64,000 nucleotides of DNA, taken from Paraspadella gotoi (lineage: Eukaryota; Animalia; Chaetognatha). The notes under the pieces were generated by a model. That model saw only the letters and a program-made list of their open reading frames with translations. It searched no databases and was not told the DNA's origin. Positions 1 through 13,901 of this stretch are shown here, piece after piece (position 1 is the first letter of the stretch; the number at the start of each line of letters is the position of its first letter). The stretch covers positions 186,001 to 250,000 of the forward strand of contig CM119269.1 of assembly GCA_051294375.1 (NCBI GenBank), read 5' to 3'. A program made the translations under genes and the position numbers.

Positions 1-2383
1 TAATGAGCTCTGCTGAATAGGTACTTTCTTCACCCTCTTTTAGTCGGCCTTTCTCTCAACGATACCCCTATCATAATGGAATTGTTTTCTTTTTTATCTT
101 AATTTTGCTTTTTCAGATATTTTTTCCCTTCTTCCATCTTTTCTGCTTCTTCATTTTTTCATTTTGTCACTTCTTCTTCTTTCTCTTCTTCTGTGGGATC
201 ACAGGCGCTAAGGTGTGGCTGAAGCATGACTATTCCGTAAGCTTTCTGTAACCTTCCCTTTAGTAGATGCGCTCATTGGTGTGAACGTTTGTGTCCTAGG
301 TGCTTTGGACATGGCCATAGGCCTTGAAGTGGGGTTGCCACGTCGCCGCCAAGGCGGGCTTAGCGGCCGTCACTCCACGCTGCGCAGGGAGGTACGCTCG
401 GGTTGTGGAAGGCTTGAGCCCGGTACCGCTTAGTGGTCATCGAAGCAGTGTCGAGCTTTAACTCAATGAGGGCCCTGGGTCAGACTGAGAAGGTGTGCAT
501 GCTTAGGTAGGCGGGGTGATCGCCTTAGGCATGCCCGGACCTTCGACACTTCTTCCAGATCCTTTTCCTTCTTGTTCCTTTTCTCTCTTGCCTTTCCATC
601 TTTTCCCTCCTCTCTCACTCTTCTCTGCTATTCTTTTTCTCACTCTGCGTCAGATTCATCATTTCTTTTCTTTTTATCGTTCGCGGTTTGCGCTCATCTA
701 CTTATCTCTCTCTCGCTCTCTTCTCTCTCATCTTGCTCTCTCTCTCCTACCTCCATCTCTATCCACTCGCACTTGTGCGTGCTCTCGTAAACTTTTTATT
801 TCTTTCCCTGCTTGTTGTGTCAAATTTTGTGTTTTTTCTTTTTTAGATCTAAAAAAGTGTTATTTTATCCTGTTTTTTTCTGTCAAGTGTTTTGCTCCCC
901 AAAATTGTTGTCATTCGAGTGTTGATGTACCTGTCTGTGATATAAGGTAAGTAATCCGAAGGAGAGAGAGAAAAGAGGAATGAGAAAGAGGAATATGAGA
1001 GACGCAGACAACAACAACTACACTAATGTCTACGGTCTTGCCCGGGGACTATGAAAAGAAGCATAAATATGTTGTAATTAAGCCGAGATTAAAATCTGGC
1101 CGGGAGAATAAGAGGTAGGAATGGAGAATGCAATGCGCTATAGTAAAAGGGGAGAAGGGAGAAGTTTGATATAGGAGAAATCGCGTTTATGCGGTAGGCA
1201 ATGAAAGACGAGATTCAAGTAGGCTTGAGCCCAAGTAAATGGTTGAATGTCTCCCGAGGTGTTAAAAGTCAATCCGTTTCGTTAGATTGTAGTAAATGTT
1301 TCATGACATTGATTACTATTGGTGCGGCATATTTTTCGTGTATTATGATCCGGGTTATACTAAAAATACGTAATTGGATAAAGGTTATAAGATTGAAGAT
1401 TAATAATAACGTGGGAAACCATGAAAGAACTCAGATGTTTTGATAATTCGGTTACACAGAATTTAATGTAAAGATTAATGAATGAATGGTCAATGATTGA
1501 AATTGCAGTGATGCGAGATTGCTTATCGAACAGAGTTCCAACTCCTAGTAATGTTCATGTTTGGTCGTCGTGCGGTCTGCTCCCCAAATCTTGTAGGGTA
1601 ATCAAATTTTTATTCAATATCAAGCGATCGAATTGTGAAATAAATGATATACAATAAATGAAATGTCGCCGCATCCAGTTCCGTTGTGTGACATGGCCCG
1701 TCCGTCCATTATGCCGTTCGTCCATGCGTCCATGACAGTAGACGTCAACTTTAAATTTGTCACGTAGCTTAATCAATTAAATGACTCCAATGTGAACTGT
1801 GTAGATTGGATGGATGTTGGATTGGAATTTAATGATATGCGTTGCTTATTGCGTGAGCCTACGGGCTGGATATAGAAGTTGAGTGGGAGAATTGAGTTTG
1901 CAGTGGAAAATGAGACCTAAGATCGTAGATGGTTGACTTGTAAATTTTTATTATTTAGGTGCTTACTCATATAATGTTATAAATTAATTAATTAAATTTA
2001 AATATTGAAGTTGAAAAAATTATTGAGAGTCAGACAGAGAAGTGATATTGTGAATTAACAATTATATAAAGATTAGTGGCAAGTTGAAAAAATAATGCCA
2101 GGTTGGAAATAATTCAAGTGAAAAATGATGCAGAGATTGAAGAATTTGATGCCAAGTTGTACACACATGGTAGGGGCAGCCTATGTTAAAAAAAAAAGCT
2201 AAATTAAAAAATGGTGCAATTAGTTGAATAAAGTAATTATAATTTTAAAAATGATGCAATCTTTGGGAAAAAGTGAATGGCATCTTTAAAAAGAATATAT
2301 AGATGATGTTAAATGAAAAACTATTTAGTACTTTATTTTATAATTTAATTTCATGTAATAAATGTAATATGGCGTCAGTGCCA
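1..2383. repeat. Noisy, insertion-rich duplicate of ~9170-11225
   Basis: Colinear match throughout (e.g. 1006 agacaacaacaactacactaat vs ~9976; ends ggcgtcagtgcca vs ggcgcagcca at ~11218), with scattered 1-nt insertions typical of uncorrected long reads. Confidence 0.9.
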
Positions 2384-3362
2384 NNNNNNNNNNNNNNNNN
2401 NNNNNNNNGCTTTTATGGGTCAAATGCAAATGAATCTTTTGATGATGATGTCAGAAATCGTAGTCTCTCTCTCTCTTTCTCACTCTCTCTCTCTCTCTCT
2501 CTNNNNNNNNNNNNNNNNNNNNNNNNNNNNNNNNNNNNNNNNNNNNNNNNNNNNNNNNNNNNNNNNNNNNNNNNNNNNNNNNNNNNNNNNNNNNNNNNNN
2601 NNNNNNNNNNNNNNNNNNNNNNNNNNNNNNNNNNNNNNNNNNNNNNNNNNNNNNNNNNNNNNNNNNNNNNNNNNNNNNNNNNNNNNNNNNNNNNNNNNNN
2701 NNNNNNNNNNNNNNNNNNNNNNNNNNNNNNNNNNNNNNNNNNNNNNNNNNNNNNNNNNNNNNNNNNNNNNNNNNNNNNNNNNNNATTTTCATCTGCAATT
2801 TAGTTTTCTTTTCTTATTTTATTTTACTTTTTCAAAATTGTACGTTAAGATACGCCCAGAAAACAAACCCGATGACAAACTCAGTGAAAATGAAAAAATA
2901 ACAAACTGGGACAAAAATATATTTAACACATCATAAGAAAAATTTCAAAGCCAGACAGCAAGTACGAAAAAGAGACAGAGAACAAAGTGGGAAAAAAGGG
3001 AGAGAATATGAATATGAATATGAAATAGACTAAACTGGGGCGCAATTTGCTGTGGCCCATGAGGTCATTTCGTTTACGAAAACTAAGTTAATGGTAAAAA
3101 TTCATTTTTAAAACTCATTTAAAATTAATTTTTAAAACGTGAAAATCCAAAATTTAAGAACTATGTACAGACTTTCAAATTGTTAGTACGTGATACTAAA
3201 ACCAGAAAAAGGAAAAAATTAATCAAAAATTACTAAAAAGATTGAAAGAGCTACAAACTGTAAAAAACGTTATGACGTAATTATGAAACCAGTTTAAGAA
3301 TAGAAATTGAATCAATTCAATTAACAAGTAATATTGGATGAAAAAAAAAACAAAAAAAAACT

Positions 3363-3727
3363 TTAAGACTCGCAATGACAGTCAAATCCAAAGAATGTGC
3401 TAAGGCAGATGTTGTCCGACTTCAGTTTCTCATAGCAGAGTTTCATTGGTGATATGTGTGTGTTCCATTTGTCGTTCTCTATGTTGTGTACTGTCCTTTC
3501 AAACATTTCATTTCCTTTGGTCACTTCAATTATTCTCTTCATTGCTCTTTTCTCAATCTGTTCTTTCATTTCTGTTGTACCTGCTGCATCATACACAATT
3601 TTTGAAGAGGTATGCATAGGCAGTTTTAAAAAGGTTTTTAGGGCTCTTATATTTAGTTTTTCCAATTTTTCTCATTAATACTTGTTTGTTGTAATCCATA
3701 CCAGACTGGAATAGTTTAAGACAGACA
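3363..3727 (-). pseudogene. C-terminal (thumb-region) remnant of a non-LTR retrotransposon reverse transcriptase
   Basis: One frame reads VSVLNYSSLVWITTNKY**EKLEKLNIRALKTFLKLPMHTSSKIVYDAAG...; this fits the LINE RT pattern 'S/P-x-L-x-Y-x-S-x-V-W...KL...N+ALR...P..TS'. Two in-frame stops. Second noisy copy at ~21945-22305. Confidence 0.6.
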
Positions 3728-5248
3728 CGACCAGAGAGAGAGAGTGACCGAAATAGGAGGCATGAAAACACTCTCCATAAATGGTTTGGATTTCTAATCC
3801 TTAGAGAACGAAACGGACGACGATGGAAAGAGAGAGAGAGAGTCTCTTATATTTTATAGTATAGTAATTTTCAATTTGTCTCACAGAAAACTAAAAATGA
3901 ATTTAACTTGGCCTAATTGAGGATAAAAGAGAGAAAGAGAATAATCGTAAAATAGGTAGGGATTTTTGAGCTACGTAACAAAAGTTGGTAAGTTTTTGAG
4001 TTACGTAACAAAAGTTGGTGGGTTCACGGCCAACGAAGTTGAAATTAGGCACGAAAACGTGGTAAGGCGAGTTGGCAGGAGAGAAGTCAGTCTGGCCTTG
4101 TCCTTAAACTTGGTGCGTAACGTTGGCCGGGAATTCGTCTACACCAATATTATGAATCTCTTAATCTTAAATCAACTAATTAAAAAAGAAACCAAAAAAC
4201 CAGTTTTATATTATGGTAATTAAAAAATTTAGAATTTGGTTATGCAACAAAAAATTAACAAGGTCATGACAAGATTTAAAAATGGGATTCTTTTCATAAG
4301 TTCAAATAGAGATAGAGATAAGATATTTCAATGTAAAATTTTGCTCAAATTATTATATTTTAATATGTAACTTTTTTTTGGTTCTATTGCAGCGTCTGAC
4401 GCCGAGAAATATGTCGCCCTGTCCTTCTTTAATTCTTATTACATTGATATTGATATCCATCCTCTCCTAGAGTGTCCATTGATTTAACCCGGCCGGTTAG
4501 AACTGGCACCATCGTTAAAAGAGAAGGTTAGTCCACGTGCGCTATTACGTATCCACGATGTGTACAAAAACTACACGATTTCAATTTCATTTTAAATTAT
4601 ATTTCTCCTTCTTTCATAGTTCTCATTACTTACTATTTCTTTGTCATTTCTATTTCTCTCTCCTCTTAATATATATTTGTCTTTCCTTTTCCTTTATGTG
4701 TCGCGGCTAACGATTCACTTTATTTTCTTCCTCAACCATAAACAAAAACAATCCTTCTCTCTTATTTTTCTTTTCAAAAACGAAGGGGAGAAGCACTCTT
4801 TGTATCAAGATTACCTCATAAAATCTGATGTTTTTGCTTGTTTCTCTGATGCTGCTTGCTTCTTTTACAATTCGCATTACAACATTATGAGATCATTTAA
4901 TGATTTTAATCTTCATGCCGCGCTGTCATTCTTTCCACACCTTACCTTCCATTCTCTCTCCTCACCATTCTTTACCTGAGATGAACTTACTTATCCGCAC
5001 CCAAGTTCGTTTCTCCTAACGACTCAATTGCCCCGCGCCGCCGCCGCCACCGCCGCGCCGCCGCGAGCCGCCTTTGTTTCCATCCTTTGTTTTTTTGTTT
5101 TTCTATCGTAAACAAAACAATTGTAGGCGAATTACATCTCTGTGTTTCGTGTTTGTTTTTGTTACTCGGTTTATGTTTTAGAAAATTTTCTCCCTTTACG
5201 ACTTCGGAGTCCGACTTGAATCTCGTAAAAAAAGGGGAGGGAAAAGTG

Positions 5249-5298
<50 letters not shown>

Positions 5299-7933
5299 CG
5301 AGAGCCATGAGAGACGAGAGAGAAGGAGAGATAATGAATGGCCTCTGGCTTATCAATCCTTCGCATCAGATAAAAAACTAGTTTTTTCCAGGCTTATTGT
5401 TCAGTTACTATTAAACAAATAAATTTAAATGCCCCATAATATAAATTATGGCCAAATACGGATTTTAGTTAAAACCATCTCCAGCTATTTAATCATATAA
5501 TAGTAACATTTTTGCAACTTTTAGGAAAAAAAAATCATGTCCATTTTTGTCCATTTTCACTTTCGTTCTTCAAAATTTGAAAATGCCAAAGGAAAGTGAG
5601 AAAATTGTTTTTTATTTTGGAATTCCTTTCTTCCTTTTTATCTTCTTCACCCTGAGGTAAAAATTATTTCTTATATCATTCATAGTTCACCTTATGAATT
5701 AATTTTAAAGTTTGACAAGTCAAAAAGTCGCAGTTTTAGTTTTATTTATATTTATTAAACAAAAATAGTTTAAATTGGCTTAAAACTAACAGCAAATATA
5801 GCCCACAGAATAAGGGCTTTTTAACACCTACAAATTATCAAAAAAAACTCATTTCGTTTAGCCATAGATAATTTTAAAGACGGAAAATTAATTTGTGACT
5901 TTTTGTGGACTTGCATGTTATTTTAATAAAGATAAGATTTTAAATTTATTTTATAGTTAACAGTTGAGGAACATACTGACGTTTAATATAAAACAAAAAA
6001 AAAACCGCATCGTTTAAACCCATGGAAAAGCTCAGGACTTGTTTTTTTCAGAATCGACATTATTTTGACGAAAATATTTTCCGCAAATTCTGTCGATTTA
6101 CTAAATTTGCCAGGCAACCAAAATTGCAAAAGAAAAATCATGCAGCATACCGTAAATTTCTTTTCTATAATGATATTAAGAATTTCTTTGATTTGGCTCA
6201 ATGTAAATGCAGAAAAAGTAGTGGGGATGGGAACAGGAAAGGAGAACAAGAAAAGAGAAGGGTGAGAATTGCAGAGAGAAAGGGGGAAAAGCATAAAAAG
6301 AAGGCAAAGGAGAAAAAAAAATAAGGAGATAAAGAAAGAAAGGCGGAAAAAGAAAGGGGAAAAATGAAAAATAAAAAAAAGGGGAAAAGAGGGAAAAGAA
6401 GAGAAGGAGATGAAGGCGTTATTAAAAAAGGGATAAGGAAAGTCAAAATCAGTGTCAGAGATAAGGTAGGGTCATAGAAACGGTAAGTTACGGCTGTGAA
6501 AAAAAGTAGGGGAGGAAAGAGGAAGGATAAAAATAGAAACACAAGAGGAGGAAAAGAGATAAGAAAGAATCAGGGAACAGTATGGAAAGGAAAAAAAAAT
6601 GTATTTCAGATTATGTGGCATCTTGTCTCTGAAAAGTTTTTGTGTAAATTAAAAAGCCACAAAAAATTTAAAAAAGAGGAATTGATCTTTTAAAAGGTTG
6701 TTAGCTACCATAAAATTCATTCATTACTTTCATCTCAAAATTAGGTTGTTAATGAGATTAGATTGATAATCTCCGAAGAAATCATGTCTTACCGTTATTT
6801 TTAACTCATTTAGAAATTTAACTGAACAGTACTAGGTAATTAAGAATTGAGATAACCATCAGCAAAACCGTGTTTTTTAAATAAAGAAAAACTTCATTAC
6901 TATCAACTGAAGATTCAAAAAGAGATGGTAATGTATTTAAGTTCAGAAATCGTTATCTAAAGGACGTCGATCGTACGTGGAGCCAATGGCGAATAACAAT
7001 GGAGGCGGAATTTTTTTAAGAATATGAAAATTCTTCTTTCCCCGAAATTTTGATTTTTTTTTTCTTGGAAATCGAATTTTTTTTCGAATTGAAAAATAAA
7101 AAAATATTTATGCATTTGGTTTAGACTAAACAATGAAATGAAAAATGTTTAAGAATGAAGAAGCGAAAACAATATGAGAAGAAATATGAAAGAGAGAAGA
7201 AGAGATAAGAGGGAGAAAGAGAGAAAGAGAAGAAGAGATAGGAGGAGGAAAGAGAGAAAGAGAAGAAAGAGTGAAAGAAAATATAGACTAAAAGAAATAA
7301 AAGCGAGAAGGGAATTGCTAGAATTTCACCCCGCCCATAAGAATGTCCTTTTCAGTCGTGACCAGGTGGCTCATCAATTAATGACCATCAGGTATGGGGA
7401 ATGATACCCAATGGGCCTACCCTTCCTGCATACCTATATGGAATTAGCCCGAGCCCGAGCCAGCGGCACAGATCCCACAGGGAATAGACAAGACCTTCAG
7501 AGATAAAACGTAATTATCACTCACAATTGAAATTATTTTAAACGATTTCATCTCAAAAATAAAAGAAGATAAACTAAAACGAAAAAAAAAAGAGAAATTT
7601 TAAAGGTCAAAATCAAAATCACAATCAAAATCATTTTCAGAGAGAAAAACGACAATAACAAAAAGAGAAAAGACAATAGTAAAAATAACAATAAGAGTCG
7701 AAACGAATCTAGTGGTCAGTTAACTATTTGACCTTAAGTCGTAGGTCACGATTTAGGTAAGTTTAAAAGTCGTTAAGGTTGTTGTTGTTGTCGTTGTTGT
7801 TGTCGTTGTTGTTGTCACCAAAGGTTTAAGTTTTACACGAAAGTCAAGGATTTCAATAAAACTGAATTCCAGATTTTTTCTCGAGATAAAAAAAACAGAA
7901 TTTCAATTTGATTCTTCCTTTATTTTCTATTAC

Positions 7934-8000
<67 letters not shown>

Positions 8001-8798
8001 CAATATTCTTTTTAAATCCATGAAATTGTTTTCTTTGATGAAAAGAAAACCGAATTCATAAATGCTTGGTTGAGATTTTGCTTGACATTTGACGCTTGTT
8101 ACATTAAAATTTATGAATGCCACATTTATAGGTAAAAACATATACCGATTTATTAAACTTAGAAACTATTACAAGTCCATATTATTACTTTATTACAACT
8201 ATTAAAAATATAATCTATTACAATGCAACATAACGAGTTGTGACGTAAAAAAAGAGAAATAGAGAAAAAAAGAAAAAAAGAAAAAAAGAAAAAAGGAAAA
8301 AAGGAAAAAAGAAAAAAAGAAAAAAAGAAAAAAAGGAAAAAAGGAAAAAAGGAAAACAGGAAAACAGGAAAACAGGAAAAAAGGAAAACAGGAAAAAAGG
8401 AAAAAAGGAAAAAAGAAAAAAAAGGAAAAGTAGGAAAAACTCTTCTCAAAGTTTCGTCTAATCTAATTAAGGCCCCGCAGGCGAAATCGTTCTCGTCAAC
8501 GTTGGCATCGGAACTGGGCTAGCACTGCACCGGCACTGCACCGACACTGCATCGGCACCGCATCGCACTTTACCGGCCAATGAATCGACACTGCACCGGC
8601 AATTTATTGGCACTACAGTGGGATCTCATCCTCACTGAACTGACGTTTTGTTTGTACTGCACCGACAATGCACCGGAATTCCTCCGGCAATGCACCGGCA
8701 CTGCACCCGCAAAGCTCCGGCACTGCACCGGCATTTCATCGGCTCGAAACGGAAGCTTCCTCCGTCGAGAGGAACTCGTGAGTCCCATCACATTTTCA

Positions 8799-8869
<71 letters not shown>

Positions 8870-8972
8870 CTCCAGAGTCCAGATCTCCTGCAATTAAATA
8901 TTTAATATAATGTAATATCTGTAGTAGGGCATTGCATAAGTTCATATCTGTAGTCATATCTGTAGTCATATC

Positions 8973-9609
8973 TGTAGTCGGGCATTGCATAAGTTCACCC
9001 CGCCTATAAGCATGACACCTTCCGTCGTGACACGGTGGTTCATTGAGTAAAGGCATCAGTTCATGACCACTAGGTACCGGATTCAATCCGTAAGCCGCCT
9101 TGGGGTTGTGGAAAACCCTCAAGCCAGATTCCAAGACCAGGACCCGTTCCATGGCTGCTAGAGGGGCTTTAAGAGCCTGCTGATAGTACTCTTCACCCCC
9201 TCTTAGCGCCTTTTCCACATACCCATCATAAATTTTTTCTTTTTACTTTATTTTCTTTTTCTATTTTTCCCCTTCCACTTTTCTCTTCTTCTTTTTCTTT
9301 TTCTTCTTCTTCTTTCTCTTCTTCTGTGGATAAGGCGCTAAGTGGGCTGAAGATGACTATCCGTAACTTCTATAACCCCCTTTAGTAGGCATGGAACGGG
9401 TCCTGGGCTTGGAACCAGGCTTGAGGGGTTGCCACGCCCCCAAGGCGGCTTACGGCCGTCCTCACGCTTCCCGCAGGGTAGGTACCGGGTTGGGACTGAG
9501 CCCGGTACCTAGTGGTCATGAGCAGATGGCTTTACTCAATGAGCCACTGGGTCAGGACTGAAGGTGTCATGCTTAGAGGCGGGGTGATCCTAGGCAATGC
9601 CCGACTACA
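8973..9609. mobile_element. Foldback / long-TIR non-autonomous element (arms ~240-280 bp, CT-rich spacer)
   Basis: 8973-9218 is the reverse complement of 9326-9609 (TGTAGTCGGGCATTGC...GCAATGCCCGACTACA). Related arm fragments at ~7310-7390, 24260-24339, 31027-31111 and 40427-40520. No TSD seen. Confidence 0.75.
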
Positions 9610-9719
9610 CTTCTTCCACTTTTCTCTTTTTCTTTTCTCCCTTCCTTCACTTTTCCTCCTCTCTCCCTTCCTCCTTCTCTTTTCTCACTCTCTCATTTTC
9701 TTTCTTTTTATCTCGCGTT

Positions 9720-9775
<56 letters not shown>

Positions 9776-10379
9776 TCCACTCGCACTTGTCGCTCTCTAT
9801 TTATTTTTCTTTTCTCTTTTGTGTCAAATTTTTGTTTTCTTTTTTTAATCTAAAAGTTTATTTTTTGTTTTTTTCTTCAATGTTTTTGCTCCAAAATTGT
9901 TTCATTCGAGTTGATGTATGTCTGTATAAAGTATACCAAGAGAGAGAGAAAGAGAGAGAAAGAGAAAGAGAGACCGACAACAACAACTACACTAATCTAG
10001 GCTTGGGACTGAAAAGACGCATAAATTGTTGTATTAAGCGAATTAAATCTGCGGAAAAAAGTAGGAATGAATCATTGGTATAAAAAAAGGGGAGAAGGGA
10101 GAAGTTGAATAGAGAATCGCGTTTGCGGTAAATGAGACGAGATTCAAGTAGCTTGAGCCAAGTAATGTTAATCTCCGAGGTTTAAAGTCAATCCGTTTCG
10201 TTGAGAGTAATGTTCATCATTGATACATGCGCATATTTTTCGTATTATGAACCGGTTATACTAAAAACGTAATTGGAAAAGGTTATAATTAAGATTAAAA
10301 ACTAACTGGAAACCTTAAAAACTAGTTTTGAATTCGGTTACACAATTAAAGATTAAGAAAAGGTCAAGATTAAATTCGG

Positions 10380-11361
10380 ATCGGATTTGCTTATCAACAG
10401 ATTCCAACTCTATAATTCATTTTGTCGGTCCGTCGGTCTCTCCCCAAATCTTGTAGGTAAATCATTTTTATCATATCAACATCGAATTGTGATAAATTAT
10501 ACAAAAATGATGTCCGCCCGTCCGTTTGTACATCCGTCCGTCCATCCGTTCGTCCATACGTCCATCCATACGTCCCTTTATTTGTCCTACTTATCAATAA
10601 AACTCCAATTACTTGTGATTGGATGGTTGGATTGGAATTAAATTATGCGTGTGTAATTGAGCTAGATATAAAGTTGAGTGGAAATGAGTTTGCATGGAAA
10701 AAACCTAAATCAAGTTGACTTGAATTTTTATTATTTATGCTTACTCATAAATGTTTTAATTAATTAATTAAAATTAAAATAATTGAAGTTGAAAAAATTA
10801 TGAGAGTTAAAAAAATGATGTGAATTAAAATTAAAAAATTATGCAAGTTGAAAAAATATTGCCAGTTGGAAAATAATGCAAAGTGAAAAAAAGATGCAAG
10901 TTGAAAAAATGATGCAAGTTAAAAAATGGAGCAAGTTAAAAAAAAAGCAAATTNNNNNNNNNNGCAAGTTGAAAAAATAATGCCAGTTGGAAAATAATTC
11001 AAAGTGAAAAAATGATGCAAGTTGAAAAATTGATGCAAGTTAAAAAATGGAGCTAGTTAAAAAAAAAAGCAAATTAAAAAATGGTGCAAGTTGAATAAAT
11101 AATTAAATTTTAAAAATGATGCAACTTGAAAAATGATGCACTTTAAAAAAGAATAATAATAGTTAAAAAAACTATTTATACTTTATTTATAATTATTTCA
11201 TGTAATAACATGTATTGGCGCAGCCACTGGTTTGGTATGGTATGATCTGTTATGATCATTTAGGATCACAAATTGAAAGAATTATCGTGATTTATCATCT
11301 AATTAGCTGATTATTTCTTAATTATCGTAGGCAGATTCGACATTGTTTGCTCAAACTTGTT
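10380..11361 (+). mobile_element. Helentron/DINE-1-like non-autonomous element, family 1 (diverged copy)
   Basis: 5' tcggatttgcttatcaacagattccaact palindrome remnant, GTCC-type microsatellite, 3' end gcagattcgac-attgtttgctcaaac-ttgtt. Confidence 0.7.
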
Positions 11362-11748
11362 TAATGTTAATGCTCAAACTCAAACTAATGTGCAAACTAT
11401 TACAGGTTAAAATGACATTCTATATTAGCAGTTTCACTAAAGCCTGTCTAAAGATAGTCTTACATCTTGAGTCGAGATATATTATATTATATTATATTAT
11501 ATTAAAACAAAGATATGATGTGAAATCATCCTTGATTTACATAGTTTAATCAAAAAACCGAAAATGTATTTATATTATTATTTTTTTGTTGACCAGTAAT
11601 TTATATTGAAAAATAAAACTTGGTGCTAAGCTATCGAGCGATTATTTTTTTTTTTTAACTAAGAGAAGGTTGATATTTGAAATCTTGTCTCTTGAAGCTA
11701 ATTGGATGAAACCGGTTGAAAGATTTCATAATGAGCCTAATTTTTGCC

Positions 11749-11755
11749 TATAAAA
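11749..11755 (+). promoter_or_regulatory. Candidate TATA box of the secreted-peptide gene
   Basis: cCTATAAAAg lies ~170 bp upstream of the ATG. A splice acceptor (tttttttaatacag, ending 11904) just before the ATG implies a short 5' non-coding exon or a trans-splice site. Confidence 0.4.
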
Positions 11756-11921
11756 GAATATTTTTTTAAAATTATAGCTCAAACTGGTCATTTGAAAGGG
11801 AGGTTTATAACAGAACTCCCATTATTTCTTACCATTATTATAAATAAGCAGCATTTGTATTCTCAAATATTTTTTAAATACTTGATAAATTTTTTTTAAT
11901 ACAGATTGCAATATTGCAAAA

Positions 11922-12003
11922 ATGCAGAGGATATTTATTATTTGTTTTGCAGTGGTCAGCATGGTTGGATTCCTTTTGGCTGAAACCTCGTTTAAAACTA
12001 TAG
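11922..12003 (+). CDS. Secreted cationic peptide precursor, coding exon 1 (signal peptide)
   Basis: caaaaATG context; MQRIFIICFAVVSMVGFLLA-ETSFKTI has a basic n-region, a hydrophobic h-region and a likely cleavage after LLA; ends at a phase-1 donor ag|gtaaat. Confidence 0.75.
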
Positions 12004-12128
12004 GTAAATTGAATACCTAATGATGAAAGTTAGTGATAATGATAGTAATAAAAGTTAATGAAAATACCTAATGCAACCTAATGAACCAGCATTTTCTGAA
12101 TATAACCATAAGGAATAAAATACTCAGT

Positions 12129-12884
12129 AAGGCGGGCCAAAATTTATCACTTTTTACTATTAGGATTTCTGTAATACAAAGTTATTTTGTCCTTTATATA
12201 TTTAATCAATTTTTCCTATCCTTAAAAAATCCGTATCACTTTTTCTCTTTTTTGTGACGCATCGGGTGCATTTAAAGAAAAAAATTTAATTTTAATTTTT
12301 ATCTTAAATATTAACTTAATCATGTTAAGACGAAAGAACACACTATTTTTACTTATAGGAACAGGTTAAAAACCAACAGAAGTCCGGTATAAATATTGTT
12401 AATAAGTTTATTAAAGATCATTAAAATTAAAAAAATTAAGATTTATCTTATAGTTAAATGCATGGAAGCTATTTTATATTATTATATATTATACTATATA
12501 AGGTTAAAAAAATTTAATAGAGCTTAAAAAATTAGATGAAAGTTATTATTATAACTTTTTAAAATTTTAATGATTCCTTTATAAAAATTAAAAAAAACTA
12601 TAAAATTTAATGAATGATGATTTTAAGGTTTTTTTCTAATTTTAGTCAATTTATCATTAAAATTTTTAAAATTTGTAGTACTAACCTTTATCTAACTTTT
12701 TAATCTTTATCAGAATCCAATTTTGAAAATTTAAATTCTTTAAAAAAATTTTAGGCATTTCTTATATATTGTTAAATATTAAAATGCATCCATGCTTGAG
12801 GAAAATTAATTTAATTAAAATCTAACAGCATAAGTCAATTTGGTTGTAAAAGGACGAAAGATGTGAAATTCTGACCCGCCCTAA
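12129..12884. mobile_element. Probable MITE in the intron of the peptide gene
   Basis: Imperfect terminal inverted repeats taaggcgggccaaaattt / aaattctgacccgcccta around an AT-rich non-coding interior. Confidence 0.45.
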
Positions 12885-13901
12885 TATATATTTATATTAT
12901 TGCTTGTTATTGCCATTTATTTTAAACGCATATAGAATATCTATATGCTTTGATTATTTTATTAAGATACCAATTTTAACCCTGAACAAATTAAGAACTT
13001 TGTTCTAGAACATTTTTATTGAACCAAGTGGTTTTGACGAACTCTTGCAGCCGGCGCGCCGTCTGGAAAAAGTTGGCGATATCGTAAATTCGCCATAATT
13101 ATTCCTATTCTTAATCGCCTTCTTAATAATATAACATACAACTAGGAACATTAACATATTTAGTAGTGATTTTAAGCTCTAAACCGGCACAGAGCAAATT
13201 CAACCAATGTTGCATTCTTTTTTGTAGCGCAGCGTATTGTCAGGACATGAGAAAAATAAAACCTATCTCAGAAAGAGAAAGCATCAGTGATTATTTTAGT
13301 ATATTATTAAAAGACATTCAATAACTTTTTGCCTATAAAATCTAATTGTAAATACTATTCTAAGTTTTGATTCACTACCCTGTATCTTTTTTAACTAGTG
13401 AAGCATAGTATAACGTTGAAGCTTTTAAATATTTATCAGTGTATAAGCAATGAAAAATATTGGAGAAAAAAAATCATCATCATCAAAATGTTATGGTTTT
13501 TATAGTTTTTGCTATTTTGATCAACAAAATATAAGAATTTGGAAATTAGGTAATAATATTTATTTTTATTTTTTTAAGCTGTATCAGAATCCGTTTTTAA
13601 AAATTGTATCTCTGGAGGAATCTCTAACCTTATTTATATTACAGAACTCTTAGTTTTTAGCTTGTTTTGCCTTAATACTCTGACAAACTCCTCAACTGAA
13701 AAAGTAATTATTTTCGACTTAACAAAAAATAATAGAATCGTTACATTATTTACATAACAATACCCTAATTATATTCCCGCCAGTTTGAGATTAATCTAAT
13801 TATTTGTTAATGAATTAATTAATTAATCTATTTTTAACTTATTAATTAATTAATTAATTTATTAAATTAATTACTAAATTAACCTAATTATATTCCTGCA
13901 G

